NCBI GenBank assembly: GCA_963664195.1
Contig: OY760907.1
Location: 2,656,001-2,720,000 of the forward strand
DNA: 64,000 nt
DNA from: an uncultured candidate division Zixibacteria bacterium
Lineage (GTDB): Bacteria > Zixibacteria > MSB-5A5 > GN15 > FEB-12
Direction of reading: 5' to 3'
This document shows, one piece after another, positions 44,240-54,163 of the stretch. Position numbers and translations under genes: made by a program. Below the pieces are notes generated by a model that saw nothing but the letters and a program-made list of their open reading frames with translations, made no database searches and had not been told where the DNA came from. Each line of letters begins with the position of its first letter. Within the stretch, counting starts at the first letter, position 1.

Positions 44240-47032
44240 ATGCGCTCTATAACCCCAATATCGCTCATCATCGTTGCGCTCTGCATCTTGACTATGGCGA
44301 GTGTGGCGTTTGCTTGCCCCCCATCTCCGGACGCTATTGAGAAGTTCAAGGCCGAAGGTGTCTGGGAAGAGAAGCTCGAAAACTTAAGACTGTATCACCA
44401 GCGTCAATTACAGGAACTGGCACAGACCAGAGAGGCCAACCGGGTCGGCAGGCAGCGGCTTGACGCTCTTGCCGATGGCGAGGTCGATACCTCCTACGTA
44501 ATGGTTATCCTGGTGGACTTCCCGGACTATACGTTCGATTCTACTCACTATGACGCTCCGGTCGGGAATGCAGACATATACTCATCGGTGGCCGGTAGTC
44601 GTGACATGTTTGACTCGCTGCTGTTTTCCCGACGTGACGTCGATGCGGTCTTCAATCCCACCGGCTCCCTGACAGAGTTTTATCAGGAAAACACGCTCGG
44701 TTCAAAGCTGATTCTCGGCAATGTGTATGGATGGTACACCATGCCCGAGGACTATAGCTGGTATGTGGGCGGAGATGACGGCATAAGCCGAGGTAGCATA
44801 CTGGCCCACAGCGCTTGTAGCACGGCCTACGCCAGCGGAGCCGATTTCAGGGATCACACTATCGACGGCTACAACGTACCGGGTGTCATTATCGTCCATG
44901 CCGGACCGGGTGCGGAGACCGGCGCATACGGTGTTTGGTCGCACAAGAGCACCTTCAGCCCGAGTCAGATTGGCATTTACTACATCAACGGTTATTCGAT
45001 GAACCCCGAAGAGCAGGGAGCCACGCTTTCCAATATGGGAGTATTTGCTCACGAGTGGGGACATGTACTCGGTGCGGTTGACCTCTATGATGTCGATTAC
45101 AGCCCCGCCGGTTCAAACGGAATCGGGAAGTACTCCGTAATGGCGGGCGGAAGCTGGAACAACGGGGGACAGTCGCCATCCCATTTCGATGCCTTCCACA
45201 AGATAGATTTGAACTTCACTGATTTCATTTCAGTTTCGGCAAATGTCCGCCAACAACCGATCCCGCAAGTGGAGACTGATGGTGTTATCTACTTCCTTCC
45301 GGATAATCTGAGCGGCGGCTCAAACGAGTATTGGCTGGTGGAAAACAGACAACGGGTGGGGCTGTTTGATCCCTTTCTGCCGGGAGACGGTCTGCTCATC
45401 TATCATGTCGACAACCTCGCTCCCAAGCCGCAAACCGACCCCAATCGCTACTATGTCGCAGTTGAACAGGCCGACGGACTCAACTCGCTGGCCTTTGGCG
45501 GCAGCAGCGGTGATGCCGGTGACTACTGGCCGGGATCAACTGACAACCGTGATTTCTTCACCTACTCTGTGCCGAATTCTCGCCTCAATGTGGGCGACTC
45601 TATCTCTCAGGTGGGGGTCTGGGATATCAGTGACTCTGATTCTCTGATGTACGCCGATTTCGACGTGGTTTACTCCCGCCCCTGGCTGGTCCTTGCCGAC
45701 GATTCCCTGACCCTGGAAGATCCCGCACCGGACGGCAATGCCAACGGTATCTGGGAACAGGGTGAGACAATTGAGCTTCAGATGGAAGTCCAAAACGTGA
45801 TGGCAGGCGGGTTTGTTCCTTATGCCTTCTTGTCGTGTGATGCTCCGGAGATCGAGATTCTAACCGACTCGGTTGGCATGGGTGTGTCCTTGAATCCCGC
45901 TTTCAGACAGACATTCGCCAGCCCAATCCAGTTCCGCATCCCGGACGACTTCAGTACAAGAACTGTGAATTTTACCGTTACAGTGAAGTCTAAAGTGAGT
46001 TTTGGCGACTTAGAACGTGCGAATGTGAACATCATTACGTTCGATGCCATGATTGGCACCACGCAGATTCTTCTGGTCGACGATGACAACGGTCGTACCG
46101 ATGAGACAAGGTTCATCACCGCGCTCGATGAACTGGACCTGACGTACGATGTGTGGAACAAGTACTCGCAAGGCTCGCCGACCTTCACGGATCTGTCGAA
46201 GTACAAAGCCGTTTTCTGGATGACCGGTCGCAGCAATTCAGGCTCCGCGCTGGTGGCGGCAGATGTTACGGCCATGCAAGCCTTTCTCGACAACAGCGGC
46301 TCGCTCTGCCTGACCAGTCTGACTGCGACCCAGCAACTTCAGAGTCTCAACCCGACCTTCATGTCGAACTATCTGCATGCCACTCCGGGAAGCGGTGCGT
46401 ACACGTCTTATTACTATCTTGGGGTCGATGGCAACCCGGTAGGGGACCAGAGATTCCATCGGAGCCTGATCACCTCGGACAGCGTCTCTCTGATCCTGCC
46501 GGGCAGTGGTGCCGATGCCGCGTTTATTCTGACCGATGTCAGTCAGGCCGAGAATTACGGGACCTGCGGTGTCACCTACGATGGCGCCTACAACACAGCG
46601 TTCCTGACGTTCTCCATCGAGTATTTGAGTACGACCACCGGTGGAACCACCGAACCGCCAGCGGTTCTGATTAGTCGAATACTGAGCTTCTTTGATGTAG
46701 GTCCGGCACTGGCGGTCGACGAAGACGAAGCCCCGAGTGTGCTGCCGCAGGGCTTCCGCCTGGCGCAGAATTACCCGAATCCGTTTAACCCGTCGACAAC
46801 AATATCCTACACCATCGGTGCCGGCGATCCGACCCGGACTACGCTGTCTATCTTTAACATGTTGGGCCAGAAAGTTGTGACGCTGGTCGACAAGGTACAG
46901 AATGCCGGTGACTACGAGGTGACCTGGGACGGAAAGTCTACCGCCGGGGGCCAGGTGCCAACCGGTATATACCTGTATCGCTTGACTCGCGACAACGTAT
47001 CAGAGACAAAGAAGATGATTTTGCTTAAGTGA
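44240..47032 (+). CDS. Secreted M6 (immune inhibitor A-like) metalloprotease with a FlgD/T9SS-type-A-like C-terminal domain
   Basis: VILVDFPD, IIVHAG, FAHEWGH.LG..DLY, YSVMAGGSW, EYWLVENRQ, GLLIYHVD; LAQNYPNPFNPST...GIYLYRL...KMILLK. Start reassigned to MRSI at 44240. Confidence 0.92.
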   Translation: MRSITPISLIIVALCILTMASVAFACPPSPDAIEKFKAEGVWEEKLENLRLYHQRQLQELAQTREANRVGRQRLDALADGEVDTSYVMVILVDFPDYTFDSTHYDAPVGNADIYSSVAGSRDMFDSLLFSRRDVDAVFNPTGSLTEFYQENTLGSKLILGNVYGWYTMPEDYSWYVGGDDGISRGSILAHSACSTAYASGADFRDHTIDGYNVPGVIIVHAGPGAETGAYGVWSHKSTFSPSQIGIYYINGYSMNPEEQGATLSNMGVFAHEWGHVLGAVDLYDVDYSPAGSNGIGKYSVMAGGSWNNGGQSPSHFDAFHKIDLNFTDFISVSANVRQQPIPQVETDGVIYFLPDNLSGGSNEYWLVENRQRVGLFDPFLPGDGLLIYHVDNLAPKPQTDPNRYYVAVEQADGLNSLAFGGSSGDAGDYWPGSTDNRDFFTYSVPNSRLNVGDSISQVGVWDISDSDSLMYADFDVVYSRPWLVLADDSLTLEDPAPDGNANGIWEQGETIELQMEVQNVMAGGFVPYAFLSCDAPEIEILTDSVGMGVSLNPAFRQTFASPIQFRIPDDFSTRTVNFTVTVKSKVSFGDLERANVNIITFDAMIGTTQILLVDDDNGRTDETRFITALDELDLTYDVWNKYSQGSPTFTDLSKYKAVFWMTGRSNSGSALVAADVTAMQAFLDNSGSLCLTSLTATQQLQSLNPTFMSNYLHATPGSGAYTSYYYLGVDGNPVGDQRFHRSLITSDSVSLILPGSGADAAFILTDVSQAENYGTCGVTYDGAYNTAFLTFSIEYLSTTTGGTTEPPAVLISRILSFFDVGPALAVDEDEAPSVLPQGFRLAQNYPNPFNPSTTISYTIGAGDPTRTTLSIFNMLGQKVVTLVDKVQNAGDYEVTWDGKSTAGGQVPTGIYLYRLTRDNVSETKKMILLK

Positions 47033-47057
47033 TATTTTGACGTTTTCTGTGCTTTTC

Positions 47058-47090
47058 AACCGTCCCTTGCAAATGCAGGGGGCGGTTTTT
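47058..47090 (+). terminator. Intrinsic terminator after the proteases
   Basis: AACCGTCCCTTGCA/TGCAGGGGGCGGTT stem with G-U pairs, then a T tract. Confidence 0.75.
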
Positions 47091-47130
47091 GTTATTATCC
47101 CGCAAGTACTTAACTATCGATTGTCCCCTT

Positions 47131-47204
47131 AATGAAAAATCTCTTCATTTCGCTTGACTTTTTCGCCGATATGTATATCATTGAAAATGAAATTCGATTT
47201 CATT
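47131..47204 (+). promoter_or_regulatory. fur-feo promoter flanked by two 19-bp AATGAA-N7-TTCATT boxes
   Basis: Boxes at 47131-47149 and 47186-47204; TTGACT (47154) and TATCAT (47176) lie between them. Confidence 0.7.
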
Positions 47205-47232
47205 TGACTTCAATGGTGAAGGATTCGACCGG

Positions 47233-47673
47233 ATGAGAGAGTTTCTGAAGACCAAGGGATTCAAGATGACCGCCCAGCGGGAGCTTATATTCCGGTCTTT
47301 CTTTGAAATGGACAAACATGTCTCGGTCGATGAACTTTACGACAAGATCAGGGCAATTGACAACTCCGTCGGATACAGTACAGTTTGGCGGAACCTGAAG
47401 TTGATTTGCAAGGTTGGATTGGCCGAAGAGGTCAATCTTGGCGATGGCGTGACGCGCTACGATCCGGTGACCAAGGTGCCTCACGGTCATCTGTACTGCC
47501 TCGAGTGCAAGGAGTTGGTCGAGTTTGATGTTGCCAGGGTGATTGACTTTCTAAGCGTCGTCGCCGGTGACCGTGACTTCACTCCGGAAGGATACAAGAT
47601 AGAGATTCAGGGTTTCTGTTCGAAATGCCAGAAGGCACGACAGAAGCTCGCTGAGAACAAAACAACGAACTAG
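47233..47673 (+). CDS. fur: Fur-family transcriptional repressor
   Basis: KMTAQRELI, HVSVDELY, GYSTVWRNL, HGHLYCLEC, GFCSKC. Confidence 0.88.
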   Translation: MREFLKTKGFKMTAQRELIFRSFFEMDKHVSVDELYDKIRAIDNSVGYSTVWRNLKLICKVGLAEEVNLGDGVTRYDPVTKVPHGHLYCLECKELVEFDVARVIDFLSVVAGDRDFTPEGYKIEIQGFCSKCQKARQKLAENKTTN

Positions 47674-47751
47674 CGTGCCGGCCGTACCACGAGCATACGT
47701 CGGCATTACGCGGCCGCTGCCTGTGAGATGGCAATAGAAGGATAGATTTAC

Positions 47752-47982
47752 ATGACCTTCCTGGATAAATTGACACCCGGACAAACCGCAAAAGTAGTCG
47801 GTTTCACCGATGACAGTCCTATTGTACGTCGCCTGACCGAGCTCGGCCTGGTGCCGGGACGCACGGTCAAGTATTTGCGCAATGCTCCCCTCAAAGATCC
47901 GCTGCAACTCCAGGTTGGCACGTCGAGCCTGAGTATGAGACATTCAGAGGCTTCGCTGGTAACGGTGGAAGTAGAAGACTAG
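47752..47982 (+). CDS. feoA: Ferrous iron transport protein A
   Basis: RRLTELGLVPG, APLKDPL, LSMRHSEA. Confidence 0.92.
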   Translation: MTFLDKLTPGQTAKVVGFTDDSPIVRRLTELGLVPGRTVKYLRNAPLKDPLQLQVGTSSLSMRHSEASLVTVEVED

Positions 47983-48003
47983 AAGCGGGTCAGAATCACA
48001 TTC

Positions 48004-50418
48004 ATGGGCGTTTCGCGTTCCTCCAGAACAACTGCCAGCGAGGCTACTGTGGCCATTTGCGGCAATCCGAATTGCGGCAAAACGACCATTTTCAATGCTA
48101 TCACCGGCCTGCGTCAGAAGGTCGGCAATTATCCCGGCGTGACGGTCGACAAAACGATCGGCACCTTCCGGATCGAGACTCATCCTGACGCCAAATACAA
48201 GCTGGTCGATATTCCCGGCAGTTATTCTCTGGCTGCTTTTTCTCCCGATGAATACATAGCAACGCAGGCTCTGTCCGGCTGTCTTAAGAATGAGTCAAGG
48301 CCGGATGTGATCATCAGCGTCATCGATGCCACCAATCTCGAGCGTGGGCTGTACCTCCTGTTTCAGGTCATGCAGGTGGGAGTGCCGATTGTGGTGGCAC
48401 TCAATATGGTCGATCTGGCGGAAAAACGCGGTATCGCAATCGACCATGTGAAACTGTCAGATCTGCTGGGAGGCGTCCCGGTCGTCCCGGTGGTAGGAAG
48501 CAAAGGCATCGGGATCAATGGTCTGAAGGTGGAACTGACCGGAATGATCGAGAAGCCGGTGAAGCCAAACGTCGAGACCTACGACAAGATTACCGAACAG
48601 ATGATCTCCGACTTGTTGAAAACCTGCCCATGCGGACGACGTTCTCGTGCGGAATATCTCCGCGTCCTGTTCGATAAATCAGGTCCCGCTGAGAAGGATT
48701 TTATCAAACGTGAGGGAGAGGACAAGCGTCCGTACCTGGAAGAGTGCCGGGGCCGGCTGATAGAGGAGTTTGGAGCGCTGTCAGTTGCCGAAACCAGTCC
48801 GCTGACAAACAAGGCGGCAGAGCTATGCCGCCAGGTGGTTACCTCACGAAAGACAACCGAACTGACTACTACCGAGAAGATTGATAAGGTTGTATTGCAT
48901 CCGGTGATGGGGCCGATCATTCTTGTCGGACTGATGATCGTTGTGTTTCAATCAATCTTCAGTTGGGCCGAGCCGGTCATGAATTTCGTGGACAGTGCGT
49001 TCGGGGCGCTCGGTGGATTGGTTGCCTCATCGATGGTCGAGGGACCGTTGCGGTCTCTGTTGGTCGATGGGATCATTGGCGGCGTAGGCTCGGTCATCAT
49101 TTTTCTGCCGCAAATCGTGATTCTGTTCATCTTCATTGCTTTTCTTGAGGATTCCGGTTACATGCCCCGTGCGGCGTTTATCGTTGATCGGCTGTTCGGC
49201 TGGTGCGGGCTTTCCGGCAAGTCATTCATCCCGATGCTCTCCTCGTTTGCCTGTGCGATTCCGGGGATTATGGCCACACGGACTATCGAAGACCGCAAAC
49301 TCCGAATTGTCACCATTATGGTTGCGCCGCTGATGAGCTGCTCGGCGCGGTTGCCGGTGTACACTATCATGATCGCGGCGTTCATTCCCCACAAGACATA
49401 CTTCGGCCTGTTCAATTCACAGGGATTGCTGTTGACGGCACTCTACGCAATGGGCATAGTCATGGCCGTGGTGCTTTCGTTTATTGTTAATCGGGTCATA
49501 TACAAGCGTTCGGGTCGTGGCTCGTTTGTGATGGAGATGCCCACGTACAACCTTCCCACACCCCGCTCCGTATTCATTCGCATCTTCAGCAGAGTTCAGT
49601 CATTCCTTGCCAGGGCAGGTACGGTCATTATGGCGATAACGATTATTATCTGGGCCGTCAGCTATTTCCCTCGCGCTCCTGAGATTTCCGGGGAGTATAC
49701 CTCGCGGGCCGAAACGGCCGAGGCCGCCTTTGTGGCGGAGACAACCGCTCTTGACGAGCAGATCGGCAGTCTGTCGATTGAGATGCAACGGGCAATGCCC
49801 GCGCAGTGGACAGACGAGTTATCGGCATGTCAGTCTGAAGCGGACGTTCAGGAGAAGAAAGATGTCCTTACCGGGGCGAATCCGGAGATTGCCGATTTGC
49901 TCGATCTGGCGGCAAATCGTCGAATACTCGAGATCCGTCTGAGTAAGGAGCTTAATCGGCTGGGCAACGCCGAAGCAGGCGCGCAGTTAAGCAACTCCTA
50001 TTTCGGTCGTGCCGGTCGTGCCGTTGCGCCCGTTTTTGCTCCTCTTGGCTGGGATTGGAAGATAACCATGGCCACACTGGCCTCGTTCCCCGCCAGAGAA
50101 GTTATTATCGCCACGCTGGGTACAATTTACAACCTCGGCACAGAGCAGGATGAGGAATCTCTCTCTCTGATCGAGAAAATGCGACTGGCGACCTGGGAAG
50201 ACGGCCCTAAAATGGGACAACGAGTGTTCACGCCCGCCGTCGCTCTGTCGGTGATGATCTTCTTTGCCCTGTGTGCGCAATGCGGCGCAACGCTGGTAAC
50301 CATAAAGGGGGAGACGACTCAATGGAAGTACTCCCTGATTGCTTTCAGTTATCTGACGATCCTCGCCTATGTTTCTGCGCTGATCGTGTATCAAGTATTC
50401 AGCAGGATGGGATACTAG
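48004..50418 (+). CDS. feoB: Ferrous iron transport protein B
   Basis: GNPNCGKTT, VGNYPGVTV, DIPG.YS, NMVD, LEDSGYMPR, SCSARLPVY, FVMEMP. Confidence 0.96.
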   Translation: MGVSRSSRTTASEATVAICGNPNCGKTTIFNAITGLRQKVGNYPGVTVDKTIGTFRIETHPDAKYKLVDIPGSYSLAAFSPDEYIATQALSGCLKNESRPDVIISVIDATNLERGLYLLFQVMQVGVPIVVALNMVDLAEKRGIAIDHVKLSDLLGGVPVVPVVGSKGIGINGLKVELTGMIEKPVKPNVETYDKITEQMISDLLKTCPCGRRSRAEYLRVLFDKSGPAEKDFIKREGEDKRPYLEECRGRLIEEFGALSVAETSPLTNKAAELCRQVVTSRKTTELTTTEKIDKVVLHPVMGPIILVGLMIVVFQSIFSWAEPVMNFVDSAFGALGGLVASSMVEGPLRSLLVDGIIGGVGSVIIFLPQIVILFIFIAFLEDSGYMPRAAFIVDRLFGWCGLSGKSFIPMLSSFACAIPGIMATRTIEDRKLRIVTIMVAPLMSCSARLPVYTIMIAAFIPHKTYFGLFNSQGLLLTALYAMGIVMAVVLSFIVNRVIYKRSGRGSFVMEMPTYNLPTPRSVFIRIFSRVQSFLARAGTVIMAITIIIWAVSYFPRAPEISGEYTSRAETAEAAFVAETTALDEQIGSLSIEMQRAMPAQWTDELSACQSEADVQEKKDVLTGANPEIADLLDLAANRRILEIRLSKELNRLGNAEAGAQLSNSYFGRAGRAVAPVFAPLGWDWKITMATLASFPAREVIIATLGTIYNLGTEQDEESLSLIEKMRLATWEDGPKMGQRVFTPAVALSVMIFFALCAQCGATLVTIKGETTQWKYSLIAFSYLTILAYVSALIVYQVFSRMGY

Positions 50419-50419
50419 T

Positions 50420-50581
50420 ATGGATATGCTATGGCAGCAGATTATCATCGGGGTGGCTATAGCCGGTGCGCTTGGTTACCTTGTGTTCTTTTTCATCCGC
50501 AAACGGCGTAGCAAGACCGGCTGTGCCAACTGTGCCCTGATGCAGGCTTCGCGGCGTTCAAACGATGCCTCGCATAGATAG
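50420..50581 (+). CDS. FeoB-associated Cys-rich small membrane protein (53 aa)
   Basis: Below the ORF-track cutoff. Translated by hand: MDMLWQQIIIGVAIAGALGYLVFFFIRKRRSKTGCANCALMQASRRSNDASHR, one TM, a basic patch and CxxC. Confidence 0.8.
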   Translation: MDMLWQQIIIGVAIAGALGYLVFFFIRKRRSKTGCANCALMQASRRSNDASHR

Positions 50582-50594
50582 CTGGAACGGTCGA

Positions 50595-50622
50595 TTGACT
50601 TTTCCCTTCCAGACCCTATATT
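50595..50622 (+). promoter_or_regulatory. sigma70-type promoter for the ecfT-truA cluster
   Basis: TTGACT-16 bp-TATATT. Confidence 0.45.
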
Positions 50623-50642
50623 CCGCTGTCCTATAATACGTT

Positions 50643-51446
50643 ATGTTTCAATCAGCGCCCATATTGCTGGGGCAGTATCGCCCCATGGATTCGTTCCTTC
50701 ACCGGCTCGATGCCCGCGCTAAACTGCTGCCGGTTTTGTTGGTGATGATCCTTGGGTTGCTTACCGACTCACCTGTTTTCTATCTCACCCTGCTGACAGC
50801 ACTTATACTTTCGTTGTTGCTCTCCGGTATCACGATCCGGACGCTGGCGCGAAACCTCAAACCCATTCTGATTCTGGTCGGCATCACGTTTCTGTATCAT
50901 GTCCTTTTCAGCGGGAGAGGCGGAGAAGCGGTCTTTGATATTTTCGGGTTTGCGGTTACGTACGACGGCCTGAGCAAGGCAGTCTTCTTTTCGATGCGGC
51001 TGATGCTGTTCGTGGTAATCGCTTTTCTGGTGACCCTGACGAATTCTCCTTCGGAGTTGGCTGAAGCTATCACCAGTCTTCTCAAACCGCTGGAGAGGAT
51101 CGGCGTACCGGCCGGTGATCTGGGGCTTATCCTGTTCATTGCGATACGGTTCATCCCGATTCTCTACGGCGAGTTTGTAGCGGTACGAAACGCCCAGATT
51201 ATTCGGGGAGTTGATTTCTCAGGAAGTCTCATCAATCGGATTCGGAAGACAGCCGCGATACTCATTCCCGTTCTCGTAGGGGCAATCGGGCGCGCCGACG
51301 AGCTGGCACTGGCGATGGAAGCGCGGGGGTATCGGTCAGGCAAGCGACGTACGTTCTTCAGACAGTCGGTCTTCGACCGCAACGCGTGGCTGTTCATGCT
51401 GGGAAGTTCGGCAGGTGTTGTCCTGCTGTATTACATCACCGGGTGA
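50643..51446 (+). CDS. ecfT: ECF transporter transmembrane T component
   Basis: LGQY...S.LHRLDARAK, IAIRFIP, AQIIRG, LALAMEARGY. Confidence 0.9.
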   Translation: MFQSAPILLGQYRPMDSFLHRLDARAKLLPVLLVMILGLLTDSPVFYLTLLTALILSLLLSGITIRTLARNLKPILILVGITFLYHVLFSGRGGEAVFDIFGFAVTYDGLSKAVFFSMRLMLFVVIAFLVTLTNSPSELAEAITSLLKPLERIGVPAGDLGLILFIAIRFIPILYGEFVAVRNAQIIRGVDFSGSLINRIRKTAAILIPVLVGAIGRADELALAMEARGYRSGKRRTFFRQSVFDRNAWLFMLGSSAGVVLLYYITG

Positions 51447-51448
51447 TT

Positions 51449-52204
51449 ATGACAGAGACGAACATCAAGATAGTGATCGAATACGAGGGCACCAATTACG
51501 CTGGCTGGCAGGTGCAGGACGGGCAACCGACCATACAGGGCGAACTGGTGGCTGCCATCAAAAAGACCACCGGAATAGAGGTAAACCTGATTGGAGCCGG
51601 TAGAACAGATGCCGGTGTTCATGCGCTAGGACAGGTGGCCAACTTCAAAATCGACCATCGGCTGGAGCCGGAACGGTACCGCGATGCCCTGAATTACTAT
51701 CTTCGGGAGGATATCCGCGTCAAGTCTTCCGAAGCGGTCGACATGGATTTCCACTCACGATTTGGCGCCACCGCTCGGCACTATCGGTACGTTGTATCGC
51801 ATGAGAAGTCCGCCATTAACAGGAATCTCAGGCTCTATTGCCCGCACAGGCTTGATCTCTCGGTGCTGAAGAAGGCGGGGGAGGCAGCCCTTGGTACGCA
51901 CGATTTTGCGCCGTTCTGTGTGGTTGCCTCGCGAAAGGAAAACAACGAATGCCAGGTCGTTTTCTCCAAATGGCGGCAGATCGGGCCTCTGTTGGTCTAT
52001 GAGATCCGCGCCAACCGTTTTCTGCACAGTATGGTGCGTTCTCTCGTGGGGGCGATGCTGAACCTTGCCTCCGTCGAACAGGACCACAACAGGCTTAACT
52101 TGACTTTGGATTCCTTTAGAAATATCATAAACGCCAAAACAGAACAACGAGTGGCGTTCACTGCGCCCGCCCACGGGCTGTATCTCGTGCGCGTAGCATA
52201 CTGA
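51449..52204 (+). CDS. truA: tRNA pseudouridine(38-40) synthase
   Basis: [46 protein letters not shown]. Start at MTET (51449). Confidence 0.95.
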   Translation: MTETNIKIVIEYEGTNYAGWQVQDGQPTIQGELVAAIKKTTGIEVNLIGAGRTDAGVHALGQVANFKIDHRLEPERYRDALNYYLREDIRVKSSEAVDMDFHSRFGATARHYRYVVSHEKSAINRNLRLYCPHRLDLSVLKKAGEAALGTHDFAPFCVVASRKENNECQVVFSKWRQIGPLLVYEIRANRFLHSMVRSLVGAMLNLASVEQDHNRLNLTLDSFRNIINAKTEQRVAFTAPAHGLYLVRVAY

Positions 52205-52220
52205 GCAAAGGAAATGCACG

Positions 52221-52868
52221 ATGAAATTCTTCATTGACACTGCCAATATCGACGAAATTAAACAGGGAATGGCTATGGGGGTGCTCGACGGCGTCACCAC
52301 CAACCCGTCGCTGGCCGCCAAAGAGGACGCCCCTTACCGTGAACTACTGGCCGAAATCTGCAAAATATGCCCGGGACCGATATCCGCTGAAGTGCTCTCA
52401 ACCGACACCGCAGGCATGATCAAGGAAGCCGAAGAGCTGGTCAAGATTGCCGACAATATCGTCATCAAGATACCGACTATCCTCGCCGGCCTTCCCGCCA
52501 TCAAGACGCTCTCAGACCAGGGCATCAAGACCAACGCTACGCTCGTTTTCAGCGCCATGCAGGCATTGCTCGTGGCCAAAGCCGGAGCCACGTACGTGTC
52601 GCCGTTTGTCGGACGGTTGGATGACATCTCCACCGACGGTATGGACCTGATTGCCGATATCTGCGCGATCTACAACAATTATATCTACGACACGGAAGTG
52701 CTGGTTGCATCGGTCCGCAATCCGATCCATGTGCTGGAGTCAGCAAGACTCGGAGCGGACGTCATTACGATGCCGCTGAAAGTGATCGGTCAGCTGATCA
52801 AGCATCCGCAGACTGACATCGGCCTGGCCAAGTTCCTCGCCGACTACGAAAAAGCAGGGAAGAACTAA
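52221..52868 (+). CDS. fsa: Transaldolase / fructose-6-phosphate aldolase (short form)
   Basis: [39 protein letters not shown]. Confidence 0.9.
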   Translation: MKFFIDTANIDEIKQGMAMGVLDGVTTNPSLAAKEDAPYRELLAEICKICPGPISAEVLSTDTAGMIKEAEELVKIADNIVIKIPTILAGLPAIKTLSDQGIKTNATLVFSAMQALLVAKAGATYVSPFVGRLDDISTDGMDLIADICAIYNNYIYDTEVLVASVRNPIHVLESARLGADVITMPLKVIGQLIKHPQTDIGLAKFLADYEKAGKN

Positions 52869-54163
52869 TGATAGAGCGGTACACTCTCCCGGAAATGGGC
52901 AGCCTCTGGACTGATGAGGCGAAGTACCAGAGTTGGCTGGAGGTAGAGACCCAGGCCGCCCTGGCAATGGCTCGCCACAAGATCATCCCGATGAAAGCCG
53001 CGAAGGCTATCGAGAAAAAGGGTAAGTTCAGCGTTGACCGTATCAACGTGATTGAGGCTGAGATCAATCACGATGTCATAGCGTTTCTTACGTCAGTCAC
53101 TGAGTTTGTCGGCGACGACGCCAAGTGGTTGCATTACGGGATGACCTCTTCGGACATGCTGGATACTGCCCTGTCACTCCAATTGAAACGGGCCGCCGTG
53201 ATTATCAACAAGAAGCTCGATACGGCGCTCCGCCTTATCAAGGGACTGGCCAAAAGGTACAAGATGGCCCCCTGTATCGGACGTACCCACGGCGTTCTGG
53301 CCGAGCCTACTACTGCCGGACTGAAGTTCGCCGTCTGGTATAGCGAGTTGAAGCGCCGTCAAGTGACTTTTCAGAGAGCAGCCGAGACCGTAGCTGTCGG
53401 GGCGATATCAGGCGCAGTAGGCAATTACGCCAATCTTCCGCCGAAAATCGAGGCCGAGGTTTGCCGCAAACTGGGGCTGAAAACGGCCGCGGTTTCCACG
53501 CAGGTTGTACAACGAGATCGTCACGCCGAGTTCATTGCCTCTATGGCGCTGGTCGGATCTTCTCTGGAGAAATTCGCTACCGAGATCCGCAACCTCCAGC
53601 GCACTGAAATAGGGGAGATGGCCGAAGGTTTCACCAAGGGTCAGAAGGGTTCGTCGGCAATGCCGCACAAAAAGAACCCGATCACTGCCGAACGTGTTAC
53701 AGGTATAGCAAGGCTGCTTCGGGGATACTCGGTTTCGGCGATGGAAAACGTGGCGCTCTGGCATGAGCGGGACATCGCTCACTCGTCGGTAGAACGGGTC
53801 ATTATTCCGGACTCCACGATTATCCTCGATTACGGTTTGCACAAGTTCAACGGCATCCTTGAGGGGTTGGTCGTGAACAAAAAGCGGATGATGGACAACA
53901 TTTTTTACGGCGGCGGGCTCGTCTTCTCACAGCGTCTGCTGCTGAAACTTGCTGGCCCGATGGGCTCGCGTGACAAGGCGTACCGCGTGGTTCAACGCAA
54001 CGGTATGATTGCCCAGGAAGGCAAGGGCCTGTTCCGGGAATTGATCAAGCGAGACCCCGATGTGCTGCAGCATGTTAGTCCCGAAGAGATAGACAGTTGT
54101 TTCGATCTCGCTTACTACACCAAAGAGGTCGATACGATTTTCAAGAGGGTATTCGGTAAATGA
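52868..54163 (+). CDS. purB: Adenylosuccinate lyase
   Basis: MIERY, HDVIAF, GRTHG, GSSAMPHKKNP, LWHERDI. Confidence 0.96.
   Translation: MIERYTLPEMGSLWTDEAKYQSWLEVETQAALAMARHKIIPMKAAKAIEKKGKFSVDRINVIEAEINHDVIAFLTSVTEFVGDDAKWLHYGMTSSDMLDTALSLQLKRAAVIINKKLDTALRLIKGLAKRYKMAPCIGRTHGVLAEPTTAGLKFAVWYSELKRRQVTFQRAAETVAVGAISGAVGNYANLPPKIEAEVCRKLGLKTAAVSTQVVQRDRHAEFIASMALVGSSLEKFATEIRNLQRTEIGEMAEGFTKGQKGSSAMPHKKNPITAERVTGIARLLRGYSVSAMENVALWHERDIAHSSVERVIIPDSTIILDYGLHKFNGILEGLVVNKKRMMDNIFYGGGLVFSQRLLLKLAGPMGSRDKAYRVVQRNGMIAQEGKGLFRELIKRDPDVLQHVSPEEIDSCFDLAYYTKEVDTIFKRVFGK

Noticed and set aside
42484..44349. 621-aa ORF antisense to the S8 protease
   Set aside because: Fully overlaps a well-supported gene on the opposite strand, has no motifs, and is explained by strong codon bias.
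50643..51446. ecfT and bioY (300-875) as one novel split transporter
   Set aside because: Dispersed S-components sharing an ECF module are well known, and BioY can work alone; nothing here links the two specifically.
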